NCBI GenBank assembly: GCA_965116925.1
Contig: OZ220744.1
Coordinates: 2,304,001 to 2,368,000, forward strand
Length of the DNA stretch: 64,000 nt
Direction of reading: 5' to 3'
DNA from: Candidatus Poribacteria bacterium
GTDB taxonomy: Bacteria; Poribacteria; WGA-4E; PCPOR2b
Both the position numbers and the translations under genes were made by a program. Positions 20,981 through 34,935 of the stretch are shown piece after piece. The notes beneath the pieces are model-generated. The model saw only the letters and a list, made by a program, of their open reading frames with translations. It was not told the origin of the DNA and made no database searches. The first letter of the stretch is position 1; each line of letters opens with the position of its first letter.

Positions 20981-21045
20981 CTAAGCGTAACAGCTTTTGA
21001 TCTTTGACAATTGTATAGATTTGAGAATTCGGCTTCTAAAGAATT

Positions 21046-24074
<3,029 letters not shown>

Positions 24075-24144
24075 CTCTATTCTATAGCTTAATATTCAAA
24101 TCTATACAGTTGTCAAATATTTTGGAATAATAGATTCCTAATAT

Positions 24145-24264
24145 TTTCCGGTGGCAAGAGCGGAGGGGAAACACCCGTACCCATTCCGAACACGGCAGTT
24201 AAGCCCTTCAGCGCTGATGATACTTCGAGGGTAACCTCGTGGGAAAGTAGGTCGTTGCCGGGAA
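24145..24264 (+). rRNA. rrf: 5S ribosomal RNA
   Basis: 'CACCCGTACCCATTCCGAACACGG.AGTTAAG', terminal stem pairing; ~120 nt. Confidence 0.95.
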
Positions 24265-24273
24265 GCTAAAATA

Positions 24274-24303
24274 AAGCCTCAACCTTCAGGTTGGGGCTTT
24301 TTT
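24274..24303 (+). terminator. Rho-independent terminator of the rRNA operon
   Basis: AAAGCCTCAACC-TTCA-GGTTGGGGCTTT followed by a T-run. Confidence 0.85.
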
Positions 24304-24345
24304 AATGTCACAAAAATGTCTTTAACAATTCGCAAGACAATTTTC

Positions 24346-24374
24346 TTGCATCTGTTTTACCTGTATGCTAAAAT
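24346..24374 (+). promoter_or_regulatory. sigma70 promoter of yebC-ruvCAB
   Basis: TTGCAT-17 nt-TAAAAT with extended -10 TG. Confidence 0.5.
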
Positions 24375-24405
24375 ACGCTAGAATCTATGAATAGGAGTGA
24401 AAGAA

Positions 24406-25152
24406 ATGTCAGGTCATTCAAAATGGTCATCAATTAAACACCGCAAAGCTGCTGTTGATGCGAAGCGTGGAAAGCTTTTCTCGAAATTGATTAAGGAGAT
24501 CACGATTGCAGCGCGAATCGGCGGTTCCGATACCCAAGTGAATCCACGTTTGAGATCTGCGGTGATAGCTGCACGATCGAAGAATGTTCCGAATGATAAT
24601 ATCGAAAAGGCAATTCTACGCGGCACCGGTGAACTTGACGGCGTGGATTATGAAGAAATTTTATATGAGGGATATGGTCCCGGTGGCGTTGCGATCATGA
24701 TCGATGTCTTGACCGATAACAGGAACCGAGCGATTGCGGATGTCAGGCATATTTTAACCAAACATGGTGGCAACATGGGCGAGCGGGGCTGCGTTTCGTG
24801 GCTGTTCGATAAGCGCGGTTGGATGATTATTGAGAAGGGTAGTATTGACGAAGACGAGCTTTTTATGATTGCACTGGATTCGGGGGCGGAGGATTTAACG
24901 GTTCAGGATGAGCACCTTGAGATTATCACGTCTCCTGAGAATTTTGAGGCGGTTAGAGAAGCGGTTGAGGCAGCCGGTGCGACGATTCAGGAAGCTGAGT
25001 TGACGATGCTTCCCCAAACTACAGTGAAATCGGAAGGTAAGGAAGCGGAGCGGATGCTGCGGTTGATGGAGGCTTTGGAAGATAGCGATGATGTCCAGAA
25101 AGTTTATGCAAACTTCGACATCGACGACGATATTTTGGAGGCTGCGGCATAA
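24406..25152 (+). CDS. yebC: YebC/PmpR family protein
   Basis: '[14 protein letters not shown]', '[10 protein letters not shown]', '[11 protein letters not shown]'. Confidence 0.95.
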   Translation: MSGHSKWSSIKHRKAAVDAKRGKLFSKLIKEITIAARIGGSDTQVNPRLRSAVIAARSKNVPNDNIEKAILRGTGELDGVDYEEILYEGYGPGGVAIMIDVLTDNRNRAIADVRHILTKHGGNMGERGCVSWLFDKRGWMIIEKGSIDEDELFMIALDSGAEDLTVQDEHLEIITSPENFEAVREAVEAAGATIQEAELTMLPQTTVKSEGKEAERMLRLMEALEDSDDVQKVYANFDIDDDILEAAA

Positions 25153-25194
25153 TTCTATCGGTTCATGTGAAAAGATAGTGCGAAACGCACAGAG

Positions 25195-25222
25195 CGTGAA
25201 ACGTGAAACGTAATGCGTGAAA
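25195..25222. repeat. Heptamer tandem repeat (CGTGAAA)n
   Basis: Degenerate 7-mers; same unit at 30774-30823 (reverse) and 52679-52705. Confidence 0.6.
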
Positions 25223-25223
25223 A

Positions 25224-25727
25224 ATGATTGTTCTTGGCATAGACCCTGGAATTGCAAATACTGGCTATGGCGTTATTAAAGCGGAGTCATCAACGTTTAG
25301 CCTGCTTGATTTTGGCTGCATCCAGACATCGCCCAAGGATGAATCTACCCACCGTTTGAAAGCTATCTATGACGCACTGATTCATTTGGCTGCGGAATAT
25401 CAACCGGATTTCTTCGCACTTGAAGATCTTTTCTTTAGCAAGAATGTGAGCAGTGCGTTTGCTGTGGGAGAGGCAAGAGGTGTGATTAAATTGGTTGCTG
25501 CGAATACAGATCGGCGGCTCTATAACTATCCGCCTGTTGAGGTCAAGCAAGCGGTTGTCGGATATGGTAAAGCACCCAAGCGTCAGGTCCAAGAGATGGT
25601 TAAACTTTTACTCAGGTTGAAAGAGATTCCTCGTCCAGATCACGCGGCAGACGCACTTGCCGTAGCGATTTGTCATGCACGTTCCCATAAACTACTTCAA
25701 CTGCGCGAAAGGCACCTCAAGTCATGA
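25224..25727 (+). CDS. ruvC: Holliday junction resolvase RuvC
   Basis: 'LGIDPG', 'EDLFF', 'VKQAVVGYG', 'DHAADALAVA'. Confidence 0.95.
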   Translation: MIVLGIDPGIANTGYGVIKAESSTFSLLDFGCIQTSPKDESTHRLKAIYDALIHLAAEYQPDFFALEDLFFSKNVSSAFAVGEARGVIKLVAANTDRRLYNYPPVEVKQAVVGYGKAPKRQVQEMVKLLLRLKEIPRPDHAADALAVAICHARSHKLLQLRERHLKS

Positions 25728-26317
25728 TTGCGTTCGTAAAAGGCATCTTATCGGTCAATGGATCAAAACAGGTGATTGTCGATGTTAACGGCGTCGGATA
25801 CAGTGTTGAGATCCCAGAGAGTACAAAGACTCAGTTGCCGGAAGTCGGGTCCGACATCACACTTTACACGCATTATCATTGTCGGGAAAATGAAGTCAAG
25901 CTTTATGGATTTGCGTCACAGGATGACCTCACAGTGTTTGAAACCGCCCTTGTGGTAAAAGGGGTGGGGCCCGCCTTAGCATTAAATATCGTTTCAAAAC
26001 TCTCTCCCTCTGACTTCCAGCGTGCGATCCGTGATGGCGATCACGCCACTCTAATGCGGGTACCACGTCTCAATAAAGAACTCGCACAACTTATGATAAT
26101 GAAACTGAAGAACACCGTCCGTAAGATTCACTTTGATGCTAAAGTTGATGAGGCTGGCAGCGGTGCCCATACGGAGGCGGGCGTGAAGGTTTTGATGGGC
26201 TTGGGAGCGTCTGAGTCTGCAGCGGATCGGGCAATCGCGGATGCCCAGAAAATCTTGGGACCTACAGCAAAACGGGAAGAGTTGGTTCGATTGGCTCTTA
26301 CTCGATTAAATCAGTGA
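25724..26317 (+). CDS. ruvA: Holliday junction branch migration protein RuvA
   Basis: 'IVDVNGVGY', 'LYGF', HhH 'VKGVGPALA'; lies between ruvC and ruvB. Confidence 0.9.
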   Translation: MIAFVKGILSVNGSKQVIVDVNGVGYSVEIPESTKTQLPEVGSDITLYTHYHCRENEVKLYGFASQDDLTVFETALVVKGVGPALALNIVSKLSPSDFQRAIRDGDHATLMRVPRLNKELAQLMIMKLKNTVRKIHFDAKVDEAGSGAHTEAGVKVLMGLGASESAADRAIADAQKILGPTAKREELVRLALTRLNQ

Positions 26318-26326
26318 GTCTAGCTC

Positions 26327-27358
26327 ATGAATCAAGATAAAGAGATGCAAACCCTTCTCAGCGAGTCGGATGGCGAGGAACTGGAGGAGAGTCAATATAA
26401 CCTCAGGCCACAGAGTCTTGATGAATTCATTGGACAGGAGCGGATTAAAGAGCAGCTGCGCATTCATATCGAAGCCGCTAAAAGTCGGGGGCAGGCATTA
26501 GCGCATATTTTGTTTGTGGGACCGCCGGGACTCGGTAAGACAACGTTGGCTCGGATTGTTGCCAATGAGATGGGGAGCAGCTTCAAGTCAGCAGCGGGTC
26601 CTACGATGGAGCGTCTGGATTTAGCAACAATGTTGACTAACCTTGAGGAACGGGGGATTTTTTTTATTGATGAAATCCATCGTATGAAGGGCTATGTTCA
26701 GGAGTCGTTGTACCCTGCGATGGAGGATTATAAGATAGATTTGCCTATCGGTCAGGGACCTGCTGCGGATATTATTACTGTACCGCTTGCCCATTTTACC
26801 CTCGTGGGCGCAACGACTCGTGAAGGCTTGTTGGGTGGGCCATTTCGAGATCGCTTTGGCAATCGTATCCATCTCGATTATTACACACCGGAGGAGATTC
26901 AGATCGCTATCAACCGACTGAGCCGGCGGATGCATCCACCTGTAAAAATCGAGGAGACAGCGGAATATGAGTTGGCTTGTCGTTCAAGAGGCACGATGCG
27001 TATTGCGGAGAATATGTTGAAAAAGGTCAGGGATTACGCAACCGTCAGATCCGACGGAGTTATCACCTATGAGATCGCTCAAGAGGCGTTGGAATTTTTT
27101 AAGATTGATGAACTTGGCTTGGACGACAATGATAGAGTCTATCTGCGAACGATGATTGAGAAGTTTCGTGGGCGGGCGGGTCTGAAGGCGATGGCGGTCG
27201 CTGTCAGTGAAGATGAGCGTACCATTGAAGAGGTTTACGAACCCTTCTTAATTAAGCTTGGCTTTTTGACCCTGACACCGATGGGGCGAGTCGCAACGGA
27301 TGCGGCTTATCAGCACCTCGGCTATCCAACGCCTGAGTATCAGCCGACGCTCTTTTAA
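26327..27358 (+). CDS. ruvB: Holliday junction helicase RuvB
   Basis: 'LRPQSLDEFIGQ', 'GPPGLGKTT', 'DEIHR', 'YEPFL'. Confidence 0.95.
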   Translation: MNQDKEMQTLLSESDGEELEESQYNLRPQSLDEFIGQERIKEQLRIHIEAAKSRGQALAHILFVGPPGLGKTTLARIVANEMGSSFKSAAGPTMERLDLATMLTNLEERGIFFIDEIHRMKGYVQESLYPAMEDYKIDLPIGQGPAADIITVPLAHFTLVGATTREGLLGGPFRDRFGNRIHLDYYTPEEIQIAINRLSRRMHPPVKIEETAEYELACRSRGTMRIAENMLKKVRDYATVRSDGVITYEIAQEALEFFKIDELGLDDNDRVYLRTMIEKFRGRAGLKAMAVAVSEDERTIEEVYEPFLIKLGFLTLTPMGRVATDAAYQHLGYPTPEYQPTLF

Positions 27359-27406
27359 CTTGTAACGAGGACTTGCCAATCTAATCTTTCCGTAAGTGTA
27401 ACAGGT

Positions 27407-28435
27407 ATGAAACTCACCGATTATGACTACGACCTACCCGAAGCACTAATTGCCCAGCAGCCCTGCCTACAAAGGGATGCGTCCCGCTTGATGGTCTTGG
27501 ATCGGGGGGCACGCAAAATACACCACGCGCAATTCTCCCAGATTGGCGAGTTTCTCCCGACTCGTTCGTTGCTTGTCCTTAACAACACCAAAGTCATTCC
27601 AGCCCGGCTCATCGGGCGAAAACTGCCGACGGGTGGAAAGATTGAGCTGCTTTTAACCCGTCAGAAGGGGAGGAACAGTTGGGAGGCACTGGTAAAGCCG
27701 GGCAGACGTGTCACGCATGGGACGCGTATCGTCTTTGGGGAGGGAATCCTGACAGGAAAAGTTCTTGCTAAATCGCCGCTCGGTCTTTATACTGTCCGAT
27801 TCAAGTATAACGGTGATTTCGAGGAGATTCTCGCACAAATCGGCAAAGTTCCCTTGCCACCCTACATCAAACGTGAACCGAACCAGACCGACAAAAAGGA
27901 GTATCAATGCGTTTATGCGAAGGAGGCGGGGGCGATCGCTGCACCAACGGCGGGGTTACATTTTACGTTGGATTTGATGGATAACCTCAAGCGAGATGGG
28001 ATTAACCGTGTAACTCTCACGCTCCATGTTGGACCCGGCACGTTCCAACCGGTCAAAGTGGAAAATATTGAGATGCACAAGATGCACTCGGAGTATTTTG
28101 AGCTTTCTCAAACAAGTGCTAATCAGATCAATGCGGCAAAGGAAGAAGGGCGAAAAATCGTTGCGGTCGGGACCACTTCCGTTCGCGCCCTTGAAACGGT
28201 TGCCTCGAATTGTGGCGTTGACCCGTATCAGGGATATACGGATATCTTTATATATCCCGGCTATCAGTTCAAAGTTGTTGACGCTTTGGTAACTAATTTT
28301 CATTTACCAAAATCAACTTTACTCATGCTTGTTAGCGCGTTTGCTGGGCATGAATTTATTTTTGAAGCTTATCAAGAAGCAATTGCACAAAAATATCGCT
28401 TTTATAGTTATGGCGATGCAATGCTGATTCTTTAA
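27407..28435 (+). CDS. queA: SAM:tRNA ribosyltransferase-isomerase QueA
   Basis: 'PLPPYI', 'AAPTAGLHF', 'TNFHLPKSTL', 'YRFYSYGDAM'. Confidence 0.97.
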   Translation: MKLTDYDYDLPEALIAQQPCLQRDASRLMVLDRGARKIHHAQFSQIGEFLPTRSLLVLNNTKVIPARLIGRKLPTGGKIELLLTRQKGRNSWEALVKPGRRVTHGTRIVFGEGILTGKVLAKSPLGLYTVRFKYNGDFEEILAQIGKVPLPPYIKREPNQTDKKEYQCVYAKEAGAIAAPTAGLHFTLDLMDNLKRDGINRVTLTLHVGPGTFQPVKVENIEMHKMHSEYFELSQTSANQINAAKEEGRKIVAVGTTSVRALETVASNCGVDPYQGYTDIFIYPGYQFKVVDALVTNFHLPKSTLLMLVSAFAGHEFIFEAYQEAIAQKYRFYSYGDAMLIL

Positions 28436-28452
28436 CTTGGAGGACATAAATT

Positions 28453-28734
28453 ATGGAAGCTCTCGGTGCTTTCTTTCCAATTCTGCTGATGATACCCATT
28501 TTGTACTTTCTGATTTTACGGCCTGAACAGTTGAAGCGCAAAAAACATCAAGCGATGTTGAGTAACTTGGCGAAGGCGGACGAAGTTGTTACGACAGGTG
28601 GGTTGCATGGAAAGATTGTAGGTGTGGATCAAGAAATTGTCGTTTTGATAATCGCAGAGAATGTGAAGGTCGAGGTGTCGCGAAGCGCGATCGCTTTCAA
28701 AAAGAAGGCAGGCGAATTGATTGAGGGTGAATAG
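28453..28734 (+). CDS. yajC: Preprotein translocase subunit YajC
   Basis: N-terminal TM, 'YFLILRP', 'VVTTGGLHGKI'. Confidence 0.9.
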   Translation: MEALGAFFPILLMIPILYFLILRPEQLKRKKHQAMLSNLAKADEVVTTGGLHGKIVGVDQEIVVLIIAENVKVEVSRSAIAFKKKAGELIEGE

Positions 28735-28777
28735 ACGGTTTGGATAGTCTCGCCCTTTTTATGAGAGATGTGACGAT

Positions 28778-29422
28778 ATGAAAAAGATTGGCAGACTTCA
28801 TGTTATCACTGATACAACTATTCAATCTCGGTTTACGCATGCGGAGTTGGCAGAGATGGCGATTGCGGGTGGTGCTGACACCATCCAGTTTCGCCAGAAG
28901 GATGGGAGTACACGCGAATTGGTCGAATCCGCACAGACGGTGCAAGCTGTTTGTGCAGCGCATGGAGTTTCCTTGATTGTGAACGATCGGGCGGATATTG
29001 CCCTTGCTACCGGTGCAGCGGGAGCTCATTTTGGTCAGGATGATTTGCCAATTGCAGTTGGGCGGCGAATCCTTCCACCCGAAGCGATTATTGGCGCCTC
29101 GGCACGGACGAAGGAGAGGATCCTAGAGGCAATCTCTGCGGGGGCAGACTACATCGGGTTCGGTCCTATCTATCAGACCTCCTCCAAACCGGATGCGGAA
29201 CGCCCCAAGGGATTGGAAGCACTGCGACGGATGTCCGAAATCGCAGGGTGTCCTGTCATCGCTATTGGTGGGATTACGGCTGAAACTGCATACGATGTCA
29301 TCTGTGCCGGTGCCTATGGGATCGCTGTCATTTCAGCGGTTTGTGGACAGGCGGATCCGGTTGCCGCGACTCGTCACTTAGATGGCGAGATTCAACGTGC
29401 CAAGGTGAGTCTGGGGGTGTAG
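28778..29422 (+). CDS. thiE: Thiamine-phosphate synthase
   Basis: 'IQFRQK', 'IVNDRAD', 'HFGQDD', 'AIGGI'. Confidence 0.93.
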   Translation: MKKIGRLHVITDTTIQSRFTHAELAEMAIAGGADTIQFRQKDGSTRELVESAQTVQAVCAAHGVSLIVNDRADIALATGAAGAHFGQDDLPIAVGRRILPPEAIIGASARTKERILEAISAGADYIGFGPIYQTSSKPDAERPKGLEALRRMSEIAGCPVIAIGGITAETAYDVICAGAYGIAVISAVCGQADPVAATRHLDGEIQRAKVSLGV

Positions 29423-29463
29423 TTTTTGATGATGACAAAAATTGTGGAGATTATAATGCCGGT

Positions 29464-29492
29464 TGTAAACCGCCCCGACACGCATGCCGTTT
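29464..29492 (+). promoter_or_regulatory. Putative ECF-type autoregulatory promoter
   Basis: TGTAAAC...CGTTT (AAC/CGT-type ECF motif) upstream of the ECF sigma gene. Confidence 0.3.
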
Positions 29493-29534
29493 AGAAAGAA
29501 AATTGCCTATCCTTATTGCTGCGGGAAGTTACTC

Positions 29535-30116
29535 ATGGACAGAATCGTTGAAGATGAAATGTTAGTCGCGCAGTTTCAAGCGGGTCGCCTTGATGCTTTC
29601 GATGATCTGATGAAGCGATACAAAGGGCAGATCTACGCCTACCTGCTCAGGTCCGTGAAAAGTTACGAGGATGCTGAGGAGTTGACGATTGAAGTCTTTT
29701 TTAAGGCGTATCGTGCGCTTGACACTTGGAAACCGCAAGCCCGGTTTTCAACTTGGCTTTATAAAATTGCTCATAACCTATCAATCGATTTCCACCGTGC
29801 AAAATCACGCCGGCCGACCTATTCGCTTGATGATGAAGAGCTTTCTATTAACGAGCCAGCAGCCGTTGATTTATGGAGTAATCCTGAATGGGAAATTGAG
29901 GAAAAAGATCGGCATCGGGTTATCCGTGAGGCAATAGATCAACTTTCACCAAAACAGAAAGCTGTTTTTATGTTAAATCGTTACCAAGGGTTACAGATTA
30001 AAGAGATTACTGAAGTGCTTGGCATGGCAGAAGGAACAGTGAAGATTCACCTGCATCGTGCAGTGAAAAAACTGCAAACCCTGTTACTACCCCTCTGGGA
30101 AGGAAATGACATTTGA
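29535..30116 (+). CDS. ECF RNA polymerase sigma factor
   Basis: Region 2 'DAEEL..EVF', 'FSTWLYKIAHN'; region 4 'GTVKIHLHRA'. Confidence 0.92.
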   Translation: MDRIVEDEMLVAQFQAGRLDAFDDLMKRYKGQIYAYLLRSVKSYEDAEELTIEVFFKAYRALDTWKPQARFSTWLYKIAHNLSIDFHRAKSRRPTYSLDDEELSINEPAAVDLWSNPEWEIEEKDRHRVIREAIDQLSPKQKAVFMLNRYQGLQIKEITEVLGMAEGTVKIHLHRAVKKLQTLLLPLWEGNDI

Positions 30117-30133
30117 CCAAAGGAGTTTGCCAA

Positions 30134-30691
30134 ATGAAACAGTGCAAACAGCTAGAAAAATTCTACACCGAATATGTTTGTGACCTCCTCGATGAGGAGC
30201 GGGTTGCTCGCGTTGAGGAACATTTGCACAGTTGCTCTACCTGTGCCCATGAAGTTGAATCATTGCAAAAAACGTTGCGCTTGACTGAAGAGGCGGAGGA
30301 GCTGCCAATCCCGCCTGTTGTTCTTGATAATATTGAGATGAATGTCTATAAACGTTTAGCGACAGAATCTCCGCCCCCCCAACGATCGCACTTCTTCGCG
30401 AAATGTGTTGCTGCGTTTCAGTTGTTTAGTGTAAAGCACCGTCCTGCTTGGATCTTGCCCAGTGCGCTAGCAATCCTTGTGCTCGTGATTGGTATTTCGA
30501 TTCCTACGGTTTTGATTAACCAAGATCCGGTGCCAGATGTTGCGATACAACCCGTTCACGAAAGAATTGGACTGTATCAACAAGCAGAGATTCAGAACAA
30601 CCGCGCTGAAGCACTTGAAACAAGGCATTTAAGGGGTGACGATCGGCTGGCAACGCTCCAAATGCTGGCATTGGCAGAGCAGGCTCCCTAA
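30134..30691 (+). CDS. Zinc-binding (HxxxCxxC) transmembrane anti-sigma factor
   Basis: 'EEHLHSCSTC', single TM, follows the ECF gene. Confidence 0.8.
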   Translation: MKQCKQLEKFYTEYVCDLLDEERVARVEEHLHSCSTCAHEVESLQKTLRLTEEAEELPIPPVVLDNIEMNVYKRLATESPPPQRSHFFAKCVAAFQLFSVKHRPAWILPSALAILVLVIGISIPTVLINQDPVPDVAIQPVHERIGLYQQAEIQNNRAEALETRHLRGDDRLATLQMLALAEQAP

Positions 30692-30709
30692 AACAGGAGA
30701 GGTAGAAGG

Positions 30710-32760
30710 ATGGAAGGATGGAAGGGTAGAAACCTAGCGAGGACGTATGATACAATACGCAATACACACTGTATTTTACGTCTTACGTTTTATGCTTCAC
30801 GTTTCACGCCTCATGTTTCACGTCTGAAATGGTTCTTTTGCGCTGCTATTTTTTGTCTGACGTTGTTCGTTAGCACAGAGACGCGAGCTCAGGATATAGC
30901 CACGCTGCTTGAAAGGGGTAAGTATCACGAGGCAGCGCAGCTTCTTGAGAAATCCGCTAGTTCAACCAAGCGTGTCGAACAACTCAGCGGGATTTATGAA
31001 AAATTGGGTGATATTTATTATGCCTACACCCATCAATATCCGCAAGCATTAGAGGTTTATGACAAGATTATCCAATTGAGCAGCAAAGGTGCGACGGCAG
31101 AAGATCTGTTCCTCGGTTATATCAAGAAGGGCGATGTATATTGCCGTATGGGAAAATATGATGAAGCAATTGACACTTATCAAGCACTTGCTAATCAATT
31201 TCCTCCCACCCACCTTGCCCATAAGACCTGCTTACGAAAGATTCATAGCATTCAAACTGCCCTTGATGATTTGCGAGCCCAGCAGCACATCATCCAAACC
31301 CACGAAGCAACTCCCCTTGCACTTGAAGCGAAATTCCATATTGCGGAACATATCGTAGCCCCTATCAACTGAACCAGCCGGAACGAGCGATTGAGGTGTA
31401 TGCAGAGATCTTTCAGCAACGCGGGGACACCAAACTCGCCTCTGAAGCACAGTGGCGCATTGGAAATCTACGAGATAAGGTGTTGAATCAGCCGGAGCTG
31501 GCGATCGAGGCATATCAGAAGGTTGTGGACCACTATGATGGGATGAGTCTTTTTGCAGCGGAGGCACTTTTTCAGATTGGACGCATCCATCAAGAGCAGG
31601 GACGATATGATAGTGCTGTGCAGGCTTTTGAGCAGCTCCCACAACAACATCCGGACTTCTGGAAGATGCACGCAGTTTTCTATTGGTCGGGGATCTGTTA
31701 CGAAAAGCTGCGGGACTATCGGCGGGCAATTGATGCGTTCCAGACGTTTCTATATGCTTATCTGCCTAACTTGGACCCCATCTACTTGGGCGCAATCGGA
31801 AAATATGATCGGGATCCAGTTCGCGTCAAAACGGAATTAGAAGCAAAGATTGGGCAACTGGAGTTAGATTTTCCAAGCGTTGAATGGGATCGGATACAAG
31901 AACTGATCGCTGCAAGCAACTATGTTGATGCCCTCCCGCTCACACGGCAGTATATTATTGATGTACCCGACAGTGAGCAGGCACAGCAGGCGCGCTCCGA
32001 ACTGCACGTTATTGAGCTGCACGCGACCATTCAGAAATTGCAGTCAATCAGCGGTGCCTTGACTCCTTACGCGCTATTCCGGGCGGGTAAAATTTATGAG
32101 CGTGAGTTGAAGGATTTTGAGCAGGCGATTGCTGTTTACCGCCAATTGATTGAGGCACATCCCCAATCCCTGTGGGCAGCTGAAGCTGTGTGTCGAACTG
32201 GGGTTATCTATGCCGAACATCTTAATGATACGGAAAAGGCAATTGAATCTTATCAAACCCTTATCGCGGATTATCCGTCTTCCTCGCAAACGATGATGGC
32301 GCATTTCCAACTAGGTGAAATGTATCGTACCCTCGATCAATATGATGAGGCTGTAAAAGCCTATCAGACCACCATTGCTTACCCGAAACAGGCGCAATAC
32401 CTTGCCCAGGGTTATAAGGACAGCTTCGCAGATCAGGCGCGATTCCGGATTGGTCGTGTCCATTATGAAAACCAACGCTATGACGCTGCTTTCGTTACCT
32501 TCCAAGAGTTTATTGTAAACCAACCGTACTCACCGCGGCTTGCAGCTGCCTACGCCTTTCTGGGAGACATTAGCCACAAACGCGGCGATTCCAAAAACGC
32601 GCTGAATGCCTACGATAACGCAATGCGCTTGCTTGAGGGGAGCCCCATCCAATCAACAATGATGCTTGATGAGGCACATGAACTTGGCTTTCAGGAATCA
32701 GATCCCACGGCTGTCCTCCAGCACCTAAATGAACTCCGCAAACGGGTGCAGGCAAAATAG
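30710..32760 (+). CDS. Secreted tetratricopeptide-repeat protein, frameshifted near 31350
   Basis: ORFs 30710-31372 and 31396-32760 join ('KFHIAE' -> 'YRSPYQLNQPERAIEVY') if one base is added; multiple TPR units; signal-peptide-like 'TRAQD'. Confidence 0.75.
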
Positions 32761-32944
32761 GCGTAACGAATTGGCGAGCACCCCTTCCCCGATTCTCCCC
32801 TGCCCTTCTTTTATGGATGGATTGAAACCAATCTGACCATACTATCCATCGGATGATAATTTTGTTTCTCCTGTTGTTGGTGGGATGATATAATCAGCGT
32901 TATCCATTATCAACTAGCAAGTTTAAGGGAGGAGGGTTTCATCA

Positions 32945-34354
32945 ATGGCACATCAAAGCCCAACCATATCTAATCGCCTTCACGCTGGCGCAGCCCAAAT
33001 CGACATAACCCCACAGACCGATATCCATCTCGCTGGAGCCGTTGGATCATTTCGGCCCGCTCAGTATGTTTACGATCCGCTTTATGCCAGAGCTCTGGTG
33101 TTGGAAAACGGCGGGAAGAAAATCTGTTTTGTAAGCTTGGATCTCACCATCATTACGGAGGAGTGGACGGCAAAAATCCGTCGAGCGGTTGCAGATGAAT
33201 GCGGACTTGCTCCGGAGGCGGTCATGGTACATGTGACGCAGACACACTCGGCACCGTCACTGGGACATTTCATGTTCGACGAGAGCTTTCAGAGAACACC
33301 ACCGGATATGGAATGGCTGCGTGGGGGTGATCCGCGGTACTTCGATTTTGCATTTGAACGGATCGTCGAGGCAATCAAACAGGCAGATAGTGCCTTGCAG
33401 CCGGTTCAACTCCGGGTCGGTAGCGGGGTAGAAGGACGGGTTGCCTTTAACCGAAGGGCAATCATGAATGACAACAAGGTGCGTATGCCGGGCTCCAAGT
33501 GGGAGGATCCGTTGGGACCTTCTTATATTCGTTATATGGAGGGACCGATTGATCCGGAGGTTGGGGTGATGTGCTTTCAAACGGATTCGGTGGAGATGCT
33601 TGCCATGTTGCTGCACCACACCTGCCATCCGGTGAACATCTTTCCGCGACCGATTGTTTCCGCGGACTGGCCTGGGGCGTGGTCGGACGCAATGTGTGAA
33701 ACCTTCGGCGGCAGTTGCGTGCCCCTCGTTCTCAACGGTTGTTGTGGCAACATCAATCCGTGGGATCCGTTCAATCCGGACTACGTTCCCGATCACCAAC
33801 GTATGGGCAGCCTTCTCGCTAAAACGACTCAGGCGGTGATTGAAAATTTGCCCTATGAGGAGGATTTGTCCCTAGATTGGAAGGGGCGCCGCGTGAAGCT
33901 ACCCATTCGCGATGTTGAACCTGAGTTGCTTGCACAGTCGCGGAAGGTTTTGGCGGAAAATCCAGAGCCGAGATGGTCGCCGGAGAATCCGAAGCAGATT
34001 GATCCAGAGTGGATAAGGGCGGGTTCTATCCTGAGTGTGCATCTCCGAAAAGAGCGAGCACCGGAACTGGATTACGAGATTCAGGTGCTGCGAGTAGGGA
34101 AAACGGCGTTTGTCGGTCTGCCGGGCGAGCCGTTTGTCGAAGGGCAGCTGCAGCTCAAGATGGCTTCTCCGACCTATCCAACGTATATCGCACATTGCAC
34201 GAGCCACTATGTCGGCTACCTGCCTGTCCCCGATGCTTTTCCTCGCGGCGGGCATGAGGTCGAGACGCGGTTTTGGGCAAAGCTGGAGCCGGAGGCGTTG
34301 GAGATGGTGGTTGATGCGGCAACTGAAGTGCTCCGTGAGGTTTTTAGAGATTAA
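32945..34354 (+). CDS. Neutral/alkaline ceramidase N-terminal-like hydrolase
   Basis: 'AGAAQIDITP', 'DPLYARALVL', 'THSAP', 'CHP', 'SADWPG', 'LPGEPF'. Confidence 0.75.
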   Translation: MAHQSPTISNRLHAGAAQIDITPQTDIHLAGAVGSFRPAQYVYDPLYARALVLENGGKKICFVSLDLTIITEEWTAKIRRAVADECGLAPEAVMVHVTQTHSAPSLGHFMFDESFQRTPPDMEWLRGGDPRYFDFAFERIVEAIKQADSALQPVQLRVGSGVEGRVAFNRRAIMNDNKVRMPGSKWEDPLGPSYIRYMEGPIDPEVGVMCFQTDSVEMLAMLLHHTCHPVNIFPRPIVSADWPGAWSDAMCETFGGSCVPLVLNGCCGNINPWDPFNPDYVPDHQRMGSLLAKTTQAVIENLPYEEDLSLDWKGRRVKLPIRDVEPELLAQSRKVLAENPEPRWSPENPKQIDPEWIRAGSILSVHLRKERAPELDYEIQVLRVGKTAFVGLPGEPFVEGQLQLKMASPTYPTYIAHCTSHYVGYLPVPDAFPRGGHEVETRFWAKLEPEALEMVVDAATEVLREVFRD

Positions 34355-34440
34355 GGTGTTGCCCGATGATAGTTTATGCCTGAGAATCGGAGCGATTGTA
34401 CTGACCAATCTGCAAGGTGGTGTTAAGAGAGGAAAAATCG

Positions 34441-34773
34441 ATGAAAATTGTTGATGAAAAGGAAGCGTGGATTCACACTCATTTTTTCGTTGATAGCGCG
34501 TTAATTACGCTACAGGAACAGAAGTTGATTTCGATGCGCGTTGAGCCTGAGTTGAGACAGATGGGGATTCAATACGGGTTGCGCTACGAGAAGCCGGTCA
34601 ATCCCGAACAATCGCTCATCGTTCTGGAGTGTATCCCGTTTGAAACCACTAGGGAAGTGATTAAAGATCTCATCAATGAAGCGATTAAAGATTTTCCGAG
34701 TCGCAGCGCAAATCCACCGCGGAACGTTGTAACGAATATAACTGTTGAAGGTCCGGAAGCAGCACAACCGTAG
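34441..34773 (+). CDS. Hypothetical protein
   Basis: 110 aa with SD GAGG; no recognised motif. Confidence 0.6.
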   Translation: MKIVDEKEAWIHTHFFVDSALITLQEQKLISMRVEPELRQMGIQYGLRYEKPVNPEQSLIVLECIPFETTREVIKDLINEAIKDFPSRSANPPRNVVTNITVEGPEAAQP

Positions 34774-34935
34774 TAACTGTGTTCTAATCTGTTTTTACAA
34801 AAGCAAAGGTGGAGGATAGAAACTAAAAAAATTAAAAAAGAATCTGACCATCTGCTTACAGCGTGCATCATGAATAGTGAAGGCGTATTACCGTTGTTTG
34901 ACGAACAGGAATAATTGAATCACGGGAGTGCTGCG

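Noticed and set aside
20981..20983. tRNA-Ala pseudogene because CCA is not encoded
   Set aside because: Cloverleaf and G3:U70 are intact; CCA can be added post-transcriptionally
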